Shown here one piece after another: positions 1 through 9,055 of a stretch of 64,000 bases of DNA (within the stretch, counting starts at the first letter, position 1; every line of letters begins with the position of its first letter). Source of the DNA: an uncultured Ruficoccus sp. (lineage in GTDB: Bacteria > Verrucomicrobiota > Verrucomicrobiia > Opitutales > Cerasicoccaceae); the NCBI GenBank assembly GCA_965140785.1, contig OZ223514.1, positions 32,001 through 96,000 of the forward strand, in the 5' to 3' direction. The notes beneath the pieces were generated by a model. It ran no database searches. It was not told where the DNA came from and saw only the letters and a program-made list of their open reading frames with translations. The position numbers and the translations under genes are program-made.

Positions 1-2
1 AG

Positions 3-530
3 GTCCGTGGCGATCTGGTCCAGGCCGAGGAGATGCATCGGAAGTCGCTTGAGTTAAACGAGGCCCTTGGTCGCAAGGAAGGCATGGCTAGTGATTACGG
101 CAACCTTGGGAATGTTTATCAGGCTCGGGGCGATCTGGAGCAGGCCGAGGAAATGTATCGGAAGTCTCTTGAGTTGGAAGAGTCTCTCGGTCGCAAGGAA
201 GGCATGGCTAGTGATTACGGCAACCTTGGGAATGTTTATCAGGCTCGGGGCGATCTGGAGCAGGCCGAGGAGATGCATCGGAAGTCTCTTGAGTTGGAAG
301 AGGCCCTTGGTCGCAAGGAAGGCATGGCCATTCAATACGGCAACCTTGGGAATGTTTATCAGACTCGGGGCGATTTGGCTCAGGCCGAGGAGATGTATCG
401 AAAGTCGCTGGAGTTAAACGAGGTCCTTGGTCGCAAGCAAGGCATGGCCATTCAATACGGCAACCTTGGGAATGTTTATAAGGCCCGTGGTGATCTGGCC
501 CAGGCCGATGAGATGTATCGGAAGTCTCTG
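3..530 (+). repeat. 120-bp intragenic tandem repeat encoding the TPR units
   Basis: ggcaaccttgggaatgtttat recurs at 99, 219, 339 and 459. Lines 61/181/301/421 are near-identical. Confidence 0.95.
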
Positions 531-635
531 CAATTATTTAAATATATTGGTTCCCCGCATGTCGAGAAGGTACAGCGTTTGTTGGACGATCTCGATGGCG
601 ATGATGATGGATCGTCCGCGCCCGTAGCGAAATAA
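3..635 (+). CDS. Tetratricopeptide-repeat protein, C-terminal part (5' end outside window)
   Basis: Frame open from position 3. About 4.5 copies of a 40-aa unit (A..YGNLGNVYQARGDLEQAEEMYRKSLEL.E.LGRKEGM). Confidence 0.9.
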   Translation, partial: VRGDLVQAEEMHRKSLELNEALGRKEGMASDYGNLGNVYQARGDLEQAEEMYRKSLELEESLGRKEGMASDYGNLGNVYQARGDLEQAEEMHRKSLELEEALGRKEGMAIQYGNLGNVYQTRGDLAQAEEMYRKSLELNEVLGRKQGMAIQYGNLGNVYKARGDLAQADEMYRKSLQLFKYIGSPHVEKVQRLLDDLDGDDDGSSAPVAK

Positions 636-638
636 GGC

Positions 639-1700
639 TCAGTGGCGGGTGCCGCGGTAGGTGCGTTCGCGGCGGGTGAGCTTGAGGCGGACGAAGTCCG
701 GGGTGACGCCGGTGTGGCTCATGATGATGAGCGTGTCTGCGCTCTTGAGCTGGAGCGAGAGAGGTGGGCGGATGGTGGTTTGGCCGTCGGGTTTGCGAAC
801 CGCGACGACGATGAAGGCGCTCTTGCCGCGGGTTTCAAGGTCTTCGAGGGTGCAGCCGATGAGCGGGGATTCTTCGGGGAGGGTGATTTCGTTCATCTCC
901 AGACCGATCTCGTGCAGGCCTTCGACGAAGGCGTTATCGTGGAGGTCTTTTTCAAGGACTTCGCGGGCGTTGGGTTTGAGCACGAGGTGGGCGATGCGGT
1001 CAGCTCCGATGGCAGCGGGCATGACGATCTTGTTCGCGCCGGCCTGCTGGAGCTTGGCCTCGGTGGAGATCTGGTTGGCCCGGGCGATGATGGTGAGTTC
1101 GGGGTTGAGTTGGCGGCAACTGAGCACGATGAAGACGTTGGCGGCGTCGTTGGGGATGACGGTGGCGACGATAGCGGCCTGTTTGATGCGAGCCTTGATC
1201 AGGACGGTTTCTTCCGTGGCGTCGCCCTGGATGTAGAGGTAGCCGGCTTCGCGGACCTGCTCGATCTGGCGCTCGTCCGGGTCGACGATGACGAAGGGCT
1301 TGGCGGCCTCGCTCAGTTGCGCGGCCAGTAGCCGTCCGATACGGCCATAGCCGCAGATGACGACGTGGTCCGAGAGGTGTTCGATGTCCTTTTCCATTTT
1401 GCGTTCTCCCAGCAAGCGTTGGAGCTGACCCTCGGTCAGCCAGTTGATAAAGGCCCCGATGGTGTAAATGAGGGCGGTGCACCCGGCGACAATGAAGACG
1501 ATGGTAAAAATCCTCAGTTCCGGGGTCATGGTGTTTACCTCGCCGTAGCCGACGCCGAAGATGGTGATGATCACCATGTAAATAGCGTCCAGCGCCGGCC
1601 AGCCGGCCAGCCAGTAAACCAGGAAGCCGACGAGGATGGTCCCGACAAAAAGGCAGGCCCCGTAGAGGAACTGACGATTAGGGGACTTTAGAGGGGGCAT
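639..1700 (-). CDS. Potassium channel with TrkA-N/TrkA-C (RCK) domains
   Basis: Two TM helices with filter-like TIFGVGYGE, Rossmann GYGRIG, GDAT motif, C-terminal TrkA-C. Confidence 0.9.
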   Translation of the reverse strand: MPPLKSPNRQFLYGACLFVGTILVGFLVYWLAGWPALDAIYMVIITIFGVGYGEVNTMTPELRIFTIVFIVAGCTALIYTIGAFINWLTEGQLQRLLGERKMEKDIEHLSDHVVICGYGRIGRLLAAQLSEAAKPFVIVDPDERQIEQVREAGYLYIQGDATEETVLIKARIKQAAIVATVIPNDAANVFIVLSCRQLNPELTIIARANQISTEAKLQQAGANKIVMPAAIGADRIAHLVLKPNAREVLEKDLHDNAFVEGLHEIGLEMNEITLPEESPLIGCTLEDLETRGKSAFIVVAVRKPDGQTTIRPPLSLQLKSADTLIIMSHTGVTPDFVRLKLTRRERTYRGTRH

Positions 1701-1921
1701 TTATGAGCATACAGCACATTTAAAACCAGACTGGACGTTATCTTCATGTTAGTCTAAGGAAACATTGAGCCTTGGCAGGGGGCATATTCTGCTCCTACTG
1801 GGTTTTACGGTAAAAAGTAAGTAATATTATGTAGGCTATTACCTGAGGTATAGACCGCGCCCCAAAATGCACATTGCGGATTGACTGTATTTGCACGCCT
1901 ACTCAGGCTCTATCTACTGAG

Positions 1922-2344
1922 GTGAAAACGGCTTACATCATTGAAGACGAACCCCTGCTGAGAGAGTTAGTGCAGACATATCTCTCTTCTTTTACGCAGA
2001 TTGAAGTCGTCGGAAGCTGTGGCGACGGAGCGGTTGCCATGCGCGAAATTCATGAGAAAAAGCCGGAATTAATTCTCGCTGATATACGTGTACCCGCCAT
2101 TTCGGGCCTGGAAGTGCTTTATCTGATTAAGCGGGGGCTTCCGAATTCGAAAGTTATTCTCTTCACCGGCGCGGCGACGCCGGAGAATGTCCGTATCGCC
2201 CTCGACGGGCAGGTGGACGGCTTTATTGAAAAGGGGGAAGGGCTGGAAGAATTTCAACATGCGGTCGAGGCGCTGGGACGGGATGAACACTACTACAGCG
2301 AGCACGTGCAGGAAATCCTGGACCGGTTCGGTGGCGAGGATTGA
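1922..2344 (+). CDS. Stand-alone NarL-type response regulator receiver (no HTH)
   Basis: IIEDE, LADIRVP (phosphoacceptor D), LFTG, GFIEK. GTG start at 1922 is inferred. Confidence 0.8.
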   Translation: MKTAYIIEDEPLLRELVQTYLSSFTQIEVVGSCGDGAVAMREIHEKKPELILADIRVPAISGLEVLYLIKRGLPNSKVILFTGAATPENVRIALDGQVDGFIEKGEGLEEFQHAVEALGRDEHYYSEHVQEILDRFGGED

Positions 2345-2462
2345 GTGGGGCGGGTCTTGCCGTCGCGACCCGGTCGAAAAAAAGGCGGTTGACCCAGGCG
2401 GTTTGAGCGCCTAATGCCTTCGCTTTTTATGCGGCACGTGCGTGCCGGGACTTTACTTGACC

Positions 2463-2870
2463 ATGGCTGAAGAACGGGACATCAACAACCTCATCACTGT
2501 CAGTGGCGGAGACGACGCCCAACGCGAAGCCGCCCTGGCGGCTCTGGAGCAACTCGCGCGTGACAACTGGAACTTCGTTCGGGTCGAGAATGGCCGGGTG
2601 AATTTCAACACGGACTGGGAGCCGCCGTTTAAGGAACTGAAGGCGCTCTCGAAGGAGCACCCCGAGGTGGAGCTGCACCTGCTGGCCGACGCCTACACCA
2701 ACCGTCACTGGATCTGCAAGGGCACCATCGCCAACGGCAAGAGCGACGAGGAGGCGATTTCGCTGGTGGACGACAACTTTGACGCCGTTTTTAAGGAAGT
2801 CTACGGCTGCACCTACGAAGAGTGGCAGAAGCAGCCCTGCGAGCCCTTCGCCCGGGTCTTTGCTTCCTGA
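2463..2870 (+). CDS. Hypothetical protein, resembles DUF1281-C/YubB ferredoxin-like fold
   Basis: Clean ORF with GC3 bias. Motif FNTDWEPP...LSKEHPEV. Confidence 0.65.
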   Translation: MAEERDINNLITVSGGDDAQREAALAALEQLARDNWNFVRVENGRVNFNTDWEPPFKELKALSKEHPEVELHLLADAYTNRHWICKGTIANGKSDEEAISLVDDNFDAVFKEVYGCTYEEWQKQPCEPFARVFAS

Positions 2871-2997
2871 GGCACGGCAGGCCGGAGCCGGAGCGGCAGA
2901 ATTTACTCTCATGTGGAGTATTATGCTGGGCTCTTTTTTTGGCCTGAAGGCTACACACGCTTGCTTTTTTCGGGGCTGGGTTTAAGCAGGAAGTCTT

Positions 2998-3960
2998 ATG
3001 CCCGTTGTTGATAAACCGCTCCACGAACTCGTTAACTGCACCAGCACGAACCCGCGCCCGGCCGATTTTGATGCATTCTGGGCCAAGGGCCTGGCCGAGT
3101 TGGACGCGCTGGACCCCGATGTCAGCTTTAAGGATGCCGACTTCTCGGTCGGCTACGCCAAGTGCCAGTCGATGCACTTCACCGGCACCGGCGGCGCCCG
3201 GGTTCACGCCCGCGTGGCCATGCCGAAGGAAGCTCCGAAGGAGCCCGCGCCCGCGCTGCTGATGTTCCACGGCTACTCCGGGTCCGCCTCCGACTGGGTG
3301 GGCATGCTGCCGTACGTGGCGGCGGGCTACACGGTGGCCGCGCTTGACTGCCGCGGCCAGGGCGGTCTCTCCGAGGACATCGTCCCGACCCGTGGGAACA
3401 CCCTGCACGGGCACATCATCAAGGGCCTCGACGACGAGCCCGAGAAGATGTACTACCGCAATGTCTTTCTGGACACCGCGCTGATGGCCCGGATCGTGAT
3501 GGGCTTTGACGGGGTGGACGAGGAACGCGTCGGTTCCCAGGGCGGCAGCCAGGGTGGCGCGCTTTCGCTGGTGTGCGCTTCGCTGGAGCCGCGGGTCAAG
3601 CGTGTGGCTTCGACTTTCCCCTTCCTCTGCGACTACAAGCGCGTCTGGGCGATGGGGCTGGACCAGCGCGCCTATACCGGTCTGCGGGATTACTTCCGCC
3701 GCTTCGACCCGCGCCACTTGCGCGAGGACGCGATATTTGAGCGTCTCGGCTATATCGACGTCACTCACCTGGTTCCCCGGATCAAGGGCGAGGTGCTCAT
3801 GGCTATCTCCCAGAGCGACGACGTCTGCCCGCCCTCGACCCAATTCGCCGCCTACAACGCGATCACCGCGAAAAAGAACTACCTGCTCTACCCGGACTTC
3901 GGCCACGAGAACCTGCCCGGTGCCAGCGAGGAGATGTTCCAGTTCCTGATGGGGCTGTAG
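2998..3960 (+). CDS. Acetyl xylan esterase / cephalosporin-C deacetylase (CE7)
   Basis: RPADFDAFW, FHGY, RGQ, GGSQGG nucleophile, DDVCPPSTQFAAYN, GHE. Confidence 0.92.
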   Translation: MPVVDKPLHELVNCTSTNPRPADFDAFWAKGLAELDALDPDVSFKDADFSVGYAKCQSMHFTGTGGARVHARVAMPKEAPKEPAPALLMFHGYSGSASDWVGMLPYVAAGYTVAALDCRGQGGLSEDIVPTRGNTLHGHIIKGLDDEPEKMYYRNVFLDTALMARIVMGFDGVDEERVGSQGGSQGGALSLVCASLEPRVKRVASTFPFLCDYKRVWAMGLDQRAYTGLRDYFRRFDPRHLREDAIFERLGYIDVTHLVPRIKGEVLMAISQSDDVCPPSTQFAAYNAITAKKNYLLYPDFGHENLPGASEEMFQFLMGL

Positions 3961-4067
3961 GCCGGTCACTGGCTTTAGGGGCGACGCTCTTCATTGGTAT
4001 TGCCAGTGGGAGGCATTGACCTTTAGCCTGGCCGTATGAGGGCGAACAACCAGAAATACTGCTGCCA

Positions 4068-4976
4068 ATGAAAGACTCCTGTCATACTCAGCTATCCGTT
4101 TTTCAGCGTCTGACGTACGGAATCTGGTTTGTGGCCCGTAAGCTGGGAGTCATGCACTGGCCACCCGTCCGGTTTCTGGCCGAAAAAGTTTATGAGTATG
4201 TACGGCCCAAAGGGAAGATTCAGATCGAAGCTCACGGCAACACCTATGCTCTGAAAGCGTCCGACCAGGGCATAACTCCGATGCTTCTTAAGCAGAACGA
4301 TTACGAGGCGGAGGAAATTCAGTTGGTGAAGCGCATGATCAAGCCCGGCATGACCGTGGTGGATATCGGAGCGAACATCGGCTATTATACCGTTATCTTT
4401 TCGAAGCTGGTCGGGAAGGAAGGCCAGGTGTTTGCCTTTGAGCCCGAGCCGGAAAACCTGGACTACCTGCATGAGAATATTGCTGGCAACCACTGTACAA
4501 ATGTAGAAGTGGCGCCCATCGCGCTCGCCGACAAAAAGGGGCAGATCGATTTCTTTGTGCCGGAGTGTACCCGAAGCACTTCTTCCATGGTGGCTTCAAA
4601 TCTTATCTACGAGAAGGGGGCCAACAAGATATCCGTGGCGACGGAATCTCTGGACGAGTATCTCAGCGGCAAGCATGCCCCCCAAGTCGATTTCATCAAA
4701 ATCGATGTGCAGGGCGCGGAAAGTATCGTCTTCAGTGGAGCGCAAAAGGTCCTTTCACAGGATCACCTTAGCCTCATGATGGAATTCTGGCCTTTTGGAA
4801 TGAAAGAGGCGGGAACGGATATTCAGGAGTATCTGCGTATGTTCGAACGACATGGCTTTTCGTTCTATGAAACCCGAAACACCGAGCGGTTACTTGAGCC
4901 TATAACGGTGGACGAATTGCTGAACGTGCGTACGTTTGGCAAGCGGGACTACATCAACCTTTTCTTGCAGAAATAG
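4068..4976 (+). CDS. FkbM-family SAM-dependent methyltransferase
   Basis: VVDIGANIGYY, AFEP, IKIDVQGAE. AT-richer than its neighbours. Confidence 0.9.
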   Translation: MKDSCHTQLSVFQRLTYGIWFVARKLGVMHWPPVRFLAEKVYEYVRPKGKIQIEAHGNTYALKASDQGITPMLLKQNDYEAEEIQLVKRMIKPGMTVVDIGANIGYYTVIFSKLVGKEGQVFAFEPEPENLDYLHENIAGNHCTNVEVAPIALADKKGQIDFFVPECTRSTSSMVASNLIYEKGANKISVATESLDEYLSGKHAPQVDFIKIDVQGAESIVFSGAQKVLSQDHLSLMMEFWPFGMKEAGTDIQEYLRMFERHGFSFYETRNTERLLEPITVDELLNVRTFGKRDYINLFLQK

Positions 4977-5040
4977 AAATACGGGAAAACCCTTGGGTGA
5001 AGGCGGCTCAGGAAGGTCGTTCTCTGGGGCAGGGGTTTGG

Positions 5041-5526
5041 CTACAGCCCGAGCTTCTGGCGAAGATCGGCGACGATGGCGTCTGGCTCCTGGTCGATGTC
5101 CACGCTGACGCACTCATCGGGGATTTCAAGAGCGTCGAACTGGCTGCGCAGCAGGCTCTCGGGCATGAAGTGGCCGTGGCGGGCGTGCAGGCGCTCGGAG
5201 ATGAGGCTGAAGGAGCCCTGGAGGTACACGAAGACCACCTTCGGGTCATTCGGGTCGAGCAGCGTGCGGTAGCTGCGCTTGAGGGCGGAGCAGGCGATGA
5301 AGGTCGGGGTGGGCTTGGCCTCCTGCTCTTCGATGAGTTGGCGCAGGCGCTTGAGCCAGGGGAGGCGGTCGGCGTCGTCGAGCGGAATGCCGGCGTGCAT
5401 CTTTTTCACGTTGGCCTCGGGGTGGAAGTCGTCCCCGTCGAAAAACTCGCCGCCGGTGGCTTCGGCTATTTTTTCTCCGATCGTGCTCTTACCCGAGCCG
5501 GAGACACCCATTATGATTACAACCAT
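5041..5526 (-). CDS. gntK: Gluconokinase (GntK/IdnK family)
   Basis: MGVSGSGKST P-loop, DGDDFHP, CSALKRSYR, HFMPESLLRSQFDALE. Confidence 0.93.
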   Translation of the reverse strand: MVVIIMGVSGSGKSTIGEKIAEATGGEFFDGDDFHPEANVKKMHAGIPLDDADRLPWLKRLRQLIEEQEAKPTPTFIACSALKRSYRTLLDPNDPKVVFVYLQGSFSLISERLHARHGHFMPESLLRSQFDALEIPDECVSVDIDQEPDAIVADLRQKLGL

Positions 5527-5535
5527 AGCAAAAAA

Positions 5536-5683
5536 GTTTGAGAGTTTGAAGGTTTGAGAGTTGGGAAGATTTGGTGGGATGACAGGGGCTGAAAGGTTGG
5601 AGTATGCGCTTGAGCGGTGGGCTGTCCGGGCCGGATTGTTTTCTACTGAACTTTCAAACGCTCAAACCTTCAAACTCTCAAAC
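5536..5683. repeat. Inverted octamer-array element (GTTTGAGA/GTTTGAAG ... TCTCAAAC)
   Basis: gtttgagagtttgaaggtttgagagttgg at left and ctttcaaacgctcaaaccttcaaactctcaaac at right. Similar element at 7145-7290. Confidence 0.85.
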
Positions 5684-5690
5684 AAAAAAA

Positions 5691-6647
5691 CTACCCGGCG
5701 TGGATGCGCCAGATGTAGTAGCGGCCAAAGCTCTTGATGTGGGCGGTGGCGTCGTCTTTGGCGTATTCGGGGCCGATACTGGGGACGGATTTGTCGATGA
5801 AGAGCTGGCCGCCGGGGCAGACGCTGCTGAGGCGGCTGGCGATGTTGATCGGGCGGCCGATGTAGTCGCCCACCTCGGGCAGGCGGCTGGCCAGGCCGAA
5901 GGAGATGCCGATGGCCACTTCCTCAGGGGCGCCGTGGGTGAACTGCGAGCTGCGGCGCACGACCTGCCACTGGTTGTGGATGTCGAGCGAGCCGGACAGG
6001 CAGATGTCGATGGCCACCTCGCGGTCCTCGGCGGTGGTTTCCCAGAGAGCGAGCACACCGTCGCCGAGGAATTTCAGCAGCTCGGGCGGGTACTTAATAT
6101 AGCTGTGGCGGACGGCCTGGTAAAAGGAGTGCATGAGCCCGCAGGTGTAGGGGGACTCGATGCTGGGTTTTTCGCAGAACTGGGAGAAGCCGCGCAGGTC
6201 GATGATGGCCGCGAGCACCTCGCAGGGCTGGCCGAACTTGACCGTGGCGTGGATCTGCTCGTCGAGGTTGTACTTGTCGTACAGGAGGCTCTCGAACTGG
6301 TAGAGCTGGAGCTTGGAAATGTTCTGGCTGGTCAGGGTCAGGCCGGCGGGCTCGTCCTCCACGCTCACCGGGCGGTAAACGGCCCGGCTGTGGCCCTCGC
6401 GGGTGTTCGGGCCCTCGAACTCGGCCTCCATCAGCAGGATGCCCTGGGGCTTGCGGTGGAGGCGTTCGAGGATCTTGGACACGTCGGCCTCGCGGTCGGC
6501 CAGGGTGGACTCGTTGCCCTCGATGGTGTAGCGGATGTGGGACAGGCCCGGATGAACCCGCATGAAGGTGCCGCAGATGTCCCAGAAATCAGCGAAATCG
6601 ATGGGGGGGAGGGGGTAGTGGCGCGTCACGGCTTGTCCCGTTTGCAT
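5691..6647 (-). CDS. Class III adenylate cyclase with unknown N-terminal domain
   Basis: IIDLRGFS, KFLGDG, GISFG, DYIGRPINIASRL. Confidence 0.85.
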   Translation of the reverse strand: MQTGQAVTRHYPLPPIDFADFWDICGTFMRVHPGLSHIRYTIEGNESTLADREADVSKILERLHRKPQGILLMEAEFEGPNTREGHSRAVYRPVSVEDEPAGLTLTSQNISKLQLYQFESLLYDKYNLDEQIHATVKFGQPCEVLAAIIDLRGFSQFCEKPSIESPYTCGLMHSFYQAVRHSYIKYPPELLKFLGDGVLALWETTAEDREVAIDICLSGSLDIHNQWQVVRRSSQFTHGAPEEVAIGISFGLASRLPEVGDYIGRPINIASRLSSVCPGGQLFIDKSVPSIGPEYAKDDATAHIKSFGRYYIWRIHAG

Positions 6648-6784
6648 GAGGCCAGAAGTTAGCGCACTCCTGAGACTTATGGCAATTTTTTATACCAATA
6701 GCGGCTATAAATGCGGGACGGTCCCTCCGGTAGCCCCGGCCGGGCGGGATGGCGGGGTGACAGTTCTCTCCCGTGTGGGGGCAC

Positions 6785-6812
6785 AAAAAAAACCCGGCCA
6801 AAGCCGGGTTTT
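6785..6812 (-). terminator. Intrinsic terminator of rpmB
   Basis: aaaaaaaacccggc-caaa-gccgggtttt hairpin. U-tract on the minus strand. Confidence 0.8.
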
Positions 6813-6839
6813 GGGAAAAGAGTGGGTGTGTTGCTGGGC

Positions 6840-7070
6840 TTAGACCTTTTCGACCTTGCCGGCCTTGATGGCCTTGACGGACACCCAGACGCGCTTGACC
6901 TGGCCGCTGGGAAGCTTGACCCGGATGCGCTGCAGGTTCGGACGGAAAGTGCGCTTGACCGCCTTGGTGACGTGCGTGCCGATACCGCCGCTCTTCTTGC
7001 TCTGGCCCTTACGATGGATGCGGCGACCGCGGACGGGGCGCTTGCCGGTGACTGTGCAGATGCGTGACAT
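6840..7070 (-). CDS. rpmB: 50S ribosomal protein L28
   Basis: MSRICTVTGKRP...GGIGTHVTKAVKRTFRPNLQ (PVC-type L28). Confidence 0.96.
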   Translation of the reverse strand: MSRICTVTGKRPVRGRRIHRKGQSKKSGGIGTHVTKAVKRTFRPNLQRIRVKLPSGQVKRVWVSVKAIKAGKVEKV

Positions 7071-7144
7071 GAAATGGGTTCTCCGTTGAAGTGAAAAACG
7101 TGGCAAATTAGTCGTTCCGGCGGGCTTGGCAAGGGTTTTTTTTA

Positions 7145-7290
7145 GTTTGAGAGTTTGAGGGTTGGAGCGTTTGAAGGTTGGAATGAGTCGTTCGCAGCGT
7201 TTGCGGAGCACGGAGAGGTTATGGGGGCAGTGGAATGGGCCGACGTTCCCGGGCATGCCTCAACGCTCAAACCGCCAAACGCTCAAACTT
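7145..7290. repeat. Inverted octamer-array element, copy 2
   Basis: gtttgagagtttgagggttggagcgtttgaagg ... caacgctcaaaccgccaaacgctcaaac. Confidence 0.85.
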
Positions 7291-7345
7291 TTAAAGGTAT
7301 ATCCGTTCTTGCGGTCCGGGCTGTGGGCGGTTTCAATCCGCGCTC

Positions 7346-8548
7346 ATGAAGGACGCTCTCACCCAGGCCCTGGCCAACCCCGACAGTCCCGGCCAGGAGC
7401 CGCCCATCAAGGTGTTGATGGTCGATGACCAGGCGATGGTGTGCGAGGCTGTCCGCCGCATGCTCGCTGATGAGCCGGACATCGCCTTTCACTCGATCAA
7501 CGATCCCTCCAAGGCCATCGAGACCGCCCTGGAGATCAAGCCCACCGTTATCCTGCAGGACCTGGTCATGCCGGACATCGACGGGCTCACCCTGGTCAAG
7601 TTCTTCCGGGCCAAACCCGAGACGAAGGAAGTGCCCATGATCGTCCTGTCCTCCAAGGAGGAGCCGGAGACGAAAAAGAAGGCCTTCGAGCTGGGGGCGA
7701 ATGACTATCTGGTCAAGCTCCCGGACAAGCTGGAGGTGATCGCCCGCATCCGCTACCACTCCAAGGGCTATCTGAACCTGCTCCAGCGCCAGCAGGCCGA
7801 GGCCGCGCTCAAGGCCGAACTCGACGAGGCGGCCCGCTACGTGCGCTCCCTCTTTCCGGACCCGATGGAGAATGACACGGTTAAGACCGACTGGGTCTTT
7901 ATTTCTTCCTCCGACCTGGCCGGGGACACCTTCGGCTACCACGACTTGGACGCGGAGCATTTCGCCATTTACCTGCTCGATGTGACCGGCCACGGGGTGG
8001 GGGCGGCCCTGCACTCGGTCTCGGCCATCAACGTCATGCGCGCGCAGTCCCTGCCGGGGGTGGACTTCCGTGACCCCGGCGCGGTGCTCGCGGGGCTCAA
8101 CGAGGCCTTCGACATGGACAAGCACAACCAGATGTACTTCACGCTCTGGTACGGCGTTTTCCACCGGCCTACGCGAACCCTGAAGTTTTCCTCCGGCGGC
8201 CATCCGCCCGCCGTCCTCATCACCGATCCGGCCAACCCGCAGGGCTCGCTCCAGACGCTGGCTACGCCCGGCATGGTGATCGGGGGGATGCCCGATGCGC
8301 CCTTCTCCACGGACAGTACGGAGGTGCCTGCCGGGAGCACGCTCTACGTCTTCAGTGATGGGGTGTACGAGGTCAACTACGCCGACGGCAGCGGCATGAT
8401 GACCGAGGAGGAGTTCGGCGAGGGCCTGTGTCTGCCGCCCGAAGACGGTAAGACCAAGGTGGCCAGCATGGTCGATTGGGTGCGCCACGCCCAGGGCCAC
8501 GCGGCTTTCGAGGACGATTTTTCGCTCATGGAGATCATTTTCAAGTAA
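7346..8548 (+). CDS. Response regulator: WspR-like REC + SpoIIE/PP2C phosphatase (RsbU-like)
   Basis: REC: VDDQAM, LQDLVMP, GANDYLVKLPD. PP2C: LAGD, LLDVTGHG, SGGHPP, FSDG, EDDFS. Confidence 0.9.
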   Translation: MKDALTQALANPDSPGQEPPIKVLMVDDQAMVCEAVRRMLADEPDIAFHSINDPSKAIETALEIKPTVILQDLVMPDIDGLTLVKFFRAKPETKEVPMIVLSSKEEPETKKKAFELGANDYLVKLPDKLEVIARIRYHSKGYLNLLQRQQAEAALKAELDEAARYVRSLFPDPMENDTVKTDWVFISSSDLAGDTFGYHDLDAEHFAIYLLDVTGHGVGAALHSVSAINVMRAQSLPGVDFRDPGAVLAGLNEAFDMDKHNQMYFTLWYGVFHRPTRTLKFSSGGHPPAVLITDPANPQGSLQTLATPGMVIGGMPDAPFSTDSTEVPAGSTLYVFSDGVYEVNYADGSGMMTEEEFGEGLCLPPEDGKTKVASMVDWVRHAQGHAAFEDDFSLMEIIFK

Positions 8549-8626
8549 CCGCTGTCCGACTCCGGTAGCAGCACCGCCCTCTCACGCGTTAAGCTTTTTC
8601 CACCCGACCCGATAATTCCCCTTCCG

Positions 8627-9055
8627 ATGGACTTTACCTACAGCAACGATTTCAAGGAGTTGGATCAACTGGCCGCCGACCTGGAGCGGTTTGGCGAGGA
8701 GCACGCCGTGCACCCGGCCGTCGTCCATACCTTCAACCTCTGTCTGGACGAGGTGCTGACCAACATCATTTCCTACGCCTACGAGGTCCCCGGCAAGCAC
8801 CACATCACGCTGACGATGACGCTCGAGAATGGCGAGATCGAGGCGGTGGTCCGCGACCACGGCAAGCCCTTTGACCCGCTGCACGACGCCAAGGACCCGG
8901 ACATCAACGCCCCGCTGGAAGACCGACCGATTGGCGGCCTGGGGATATTCTTCTGCAAGAAGCTGATGGACCACATCGCCTACCACCGGGTGGACGAGAC
9001 CAACACCTTTACCCTGCGCAAACAGAACGCCCCCGATCCGCCCGAGGAAGATTAG
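8627..9055 (+). CDS. Anti-sigma factor Ser/Thr kinase (RsbW/SpoIIAB-like HATPase)
   Basis: LDEVLTNIISYAY, RDHGKPFDP, RPIGGLGIF. Confidence 0.9.
   Translation: MDFTYSNDFKELDQLAADLERFGEEHAVHPAVVHTFNLCLDEVLTNIISYAYEVPGKHHITLTMTLENGEIEAVVRDHGKPFDPLHDAKDPDINAPLEDRPIGGLGIFFCKKLMDHIAYHRVDETNTFTLRKQNAPDPPEED

Noticed and set aside
1..530. Regular repeats resembling a CRISPR array
   Set aside because: Contiguous 120-bp in-frame coding repeats with no unique spacers, and no cas genes.
5691..6647. Cyclase as a Pycsar/CBASS anti-phage system
   Set aside because: Adenine-specifying residues are present, there is no adjacent TM/TIR cNMP-binding effector, and the context is housekeeping.
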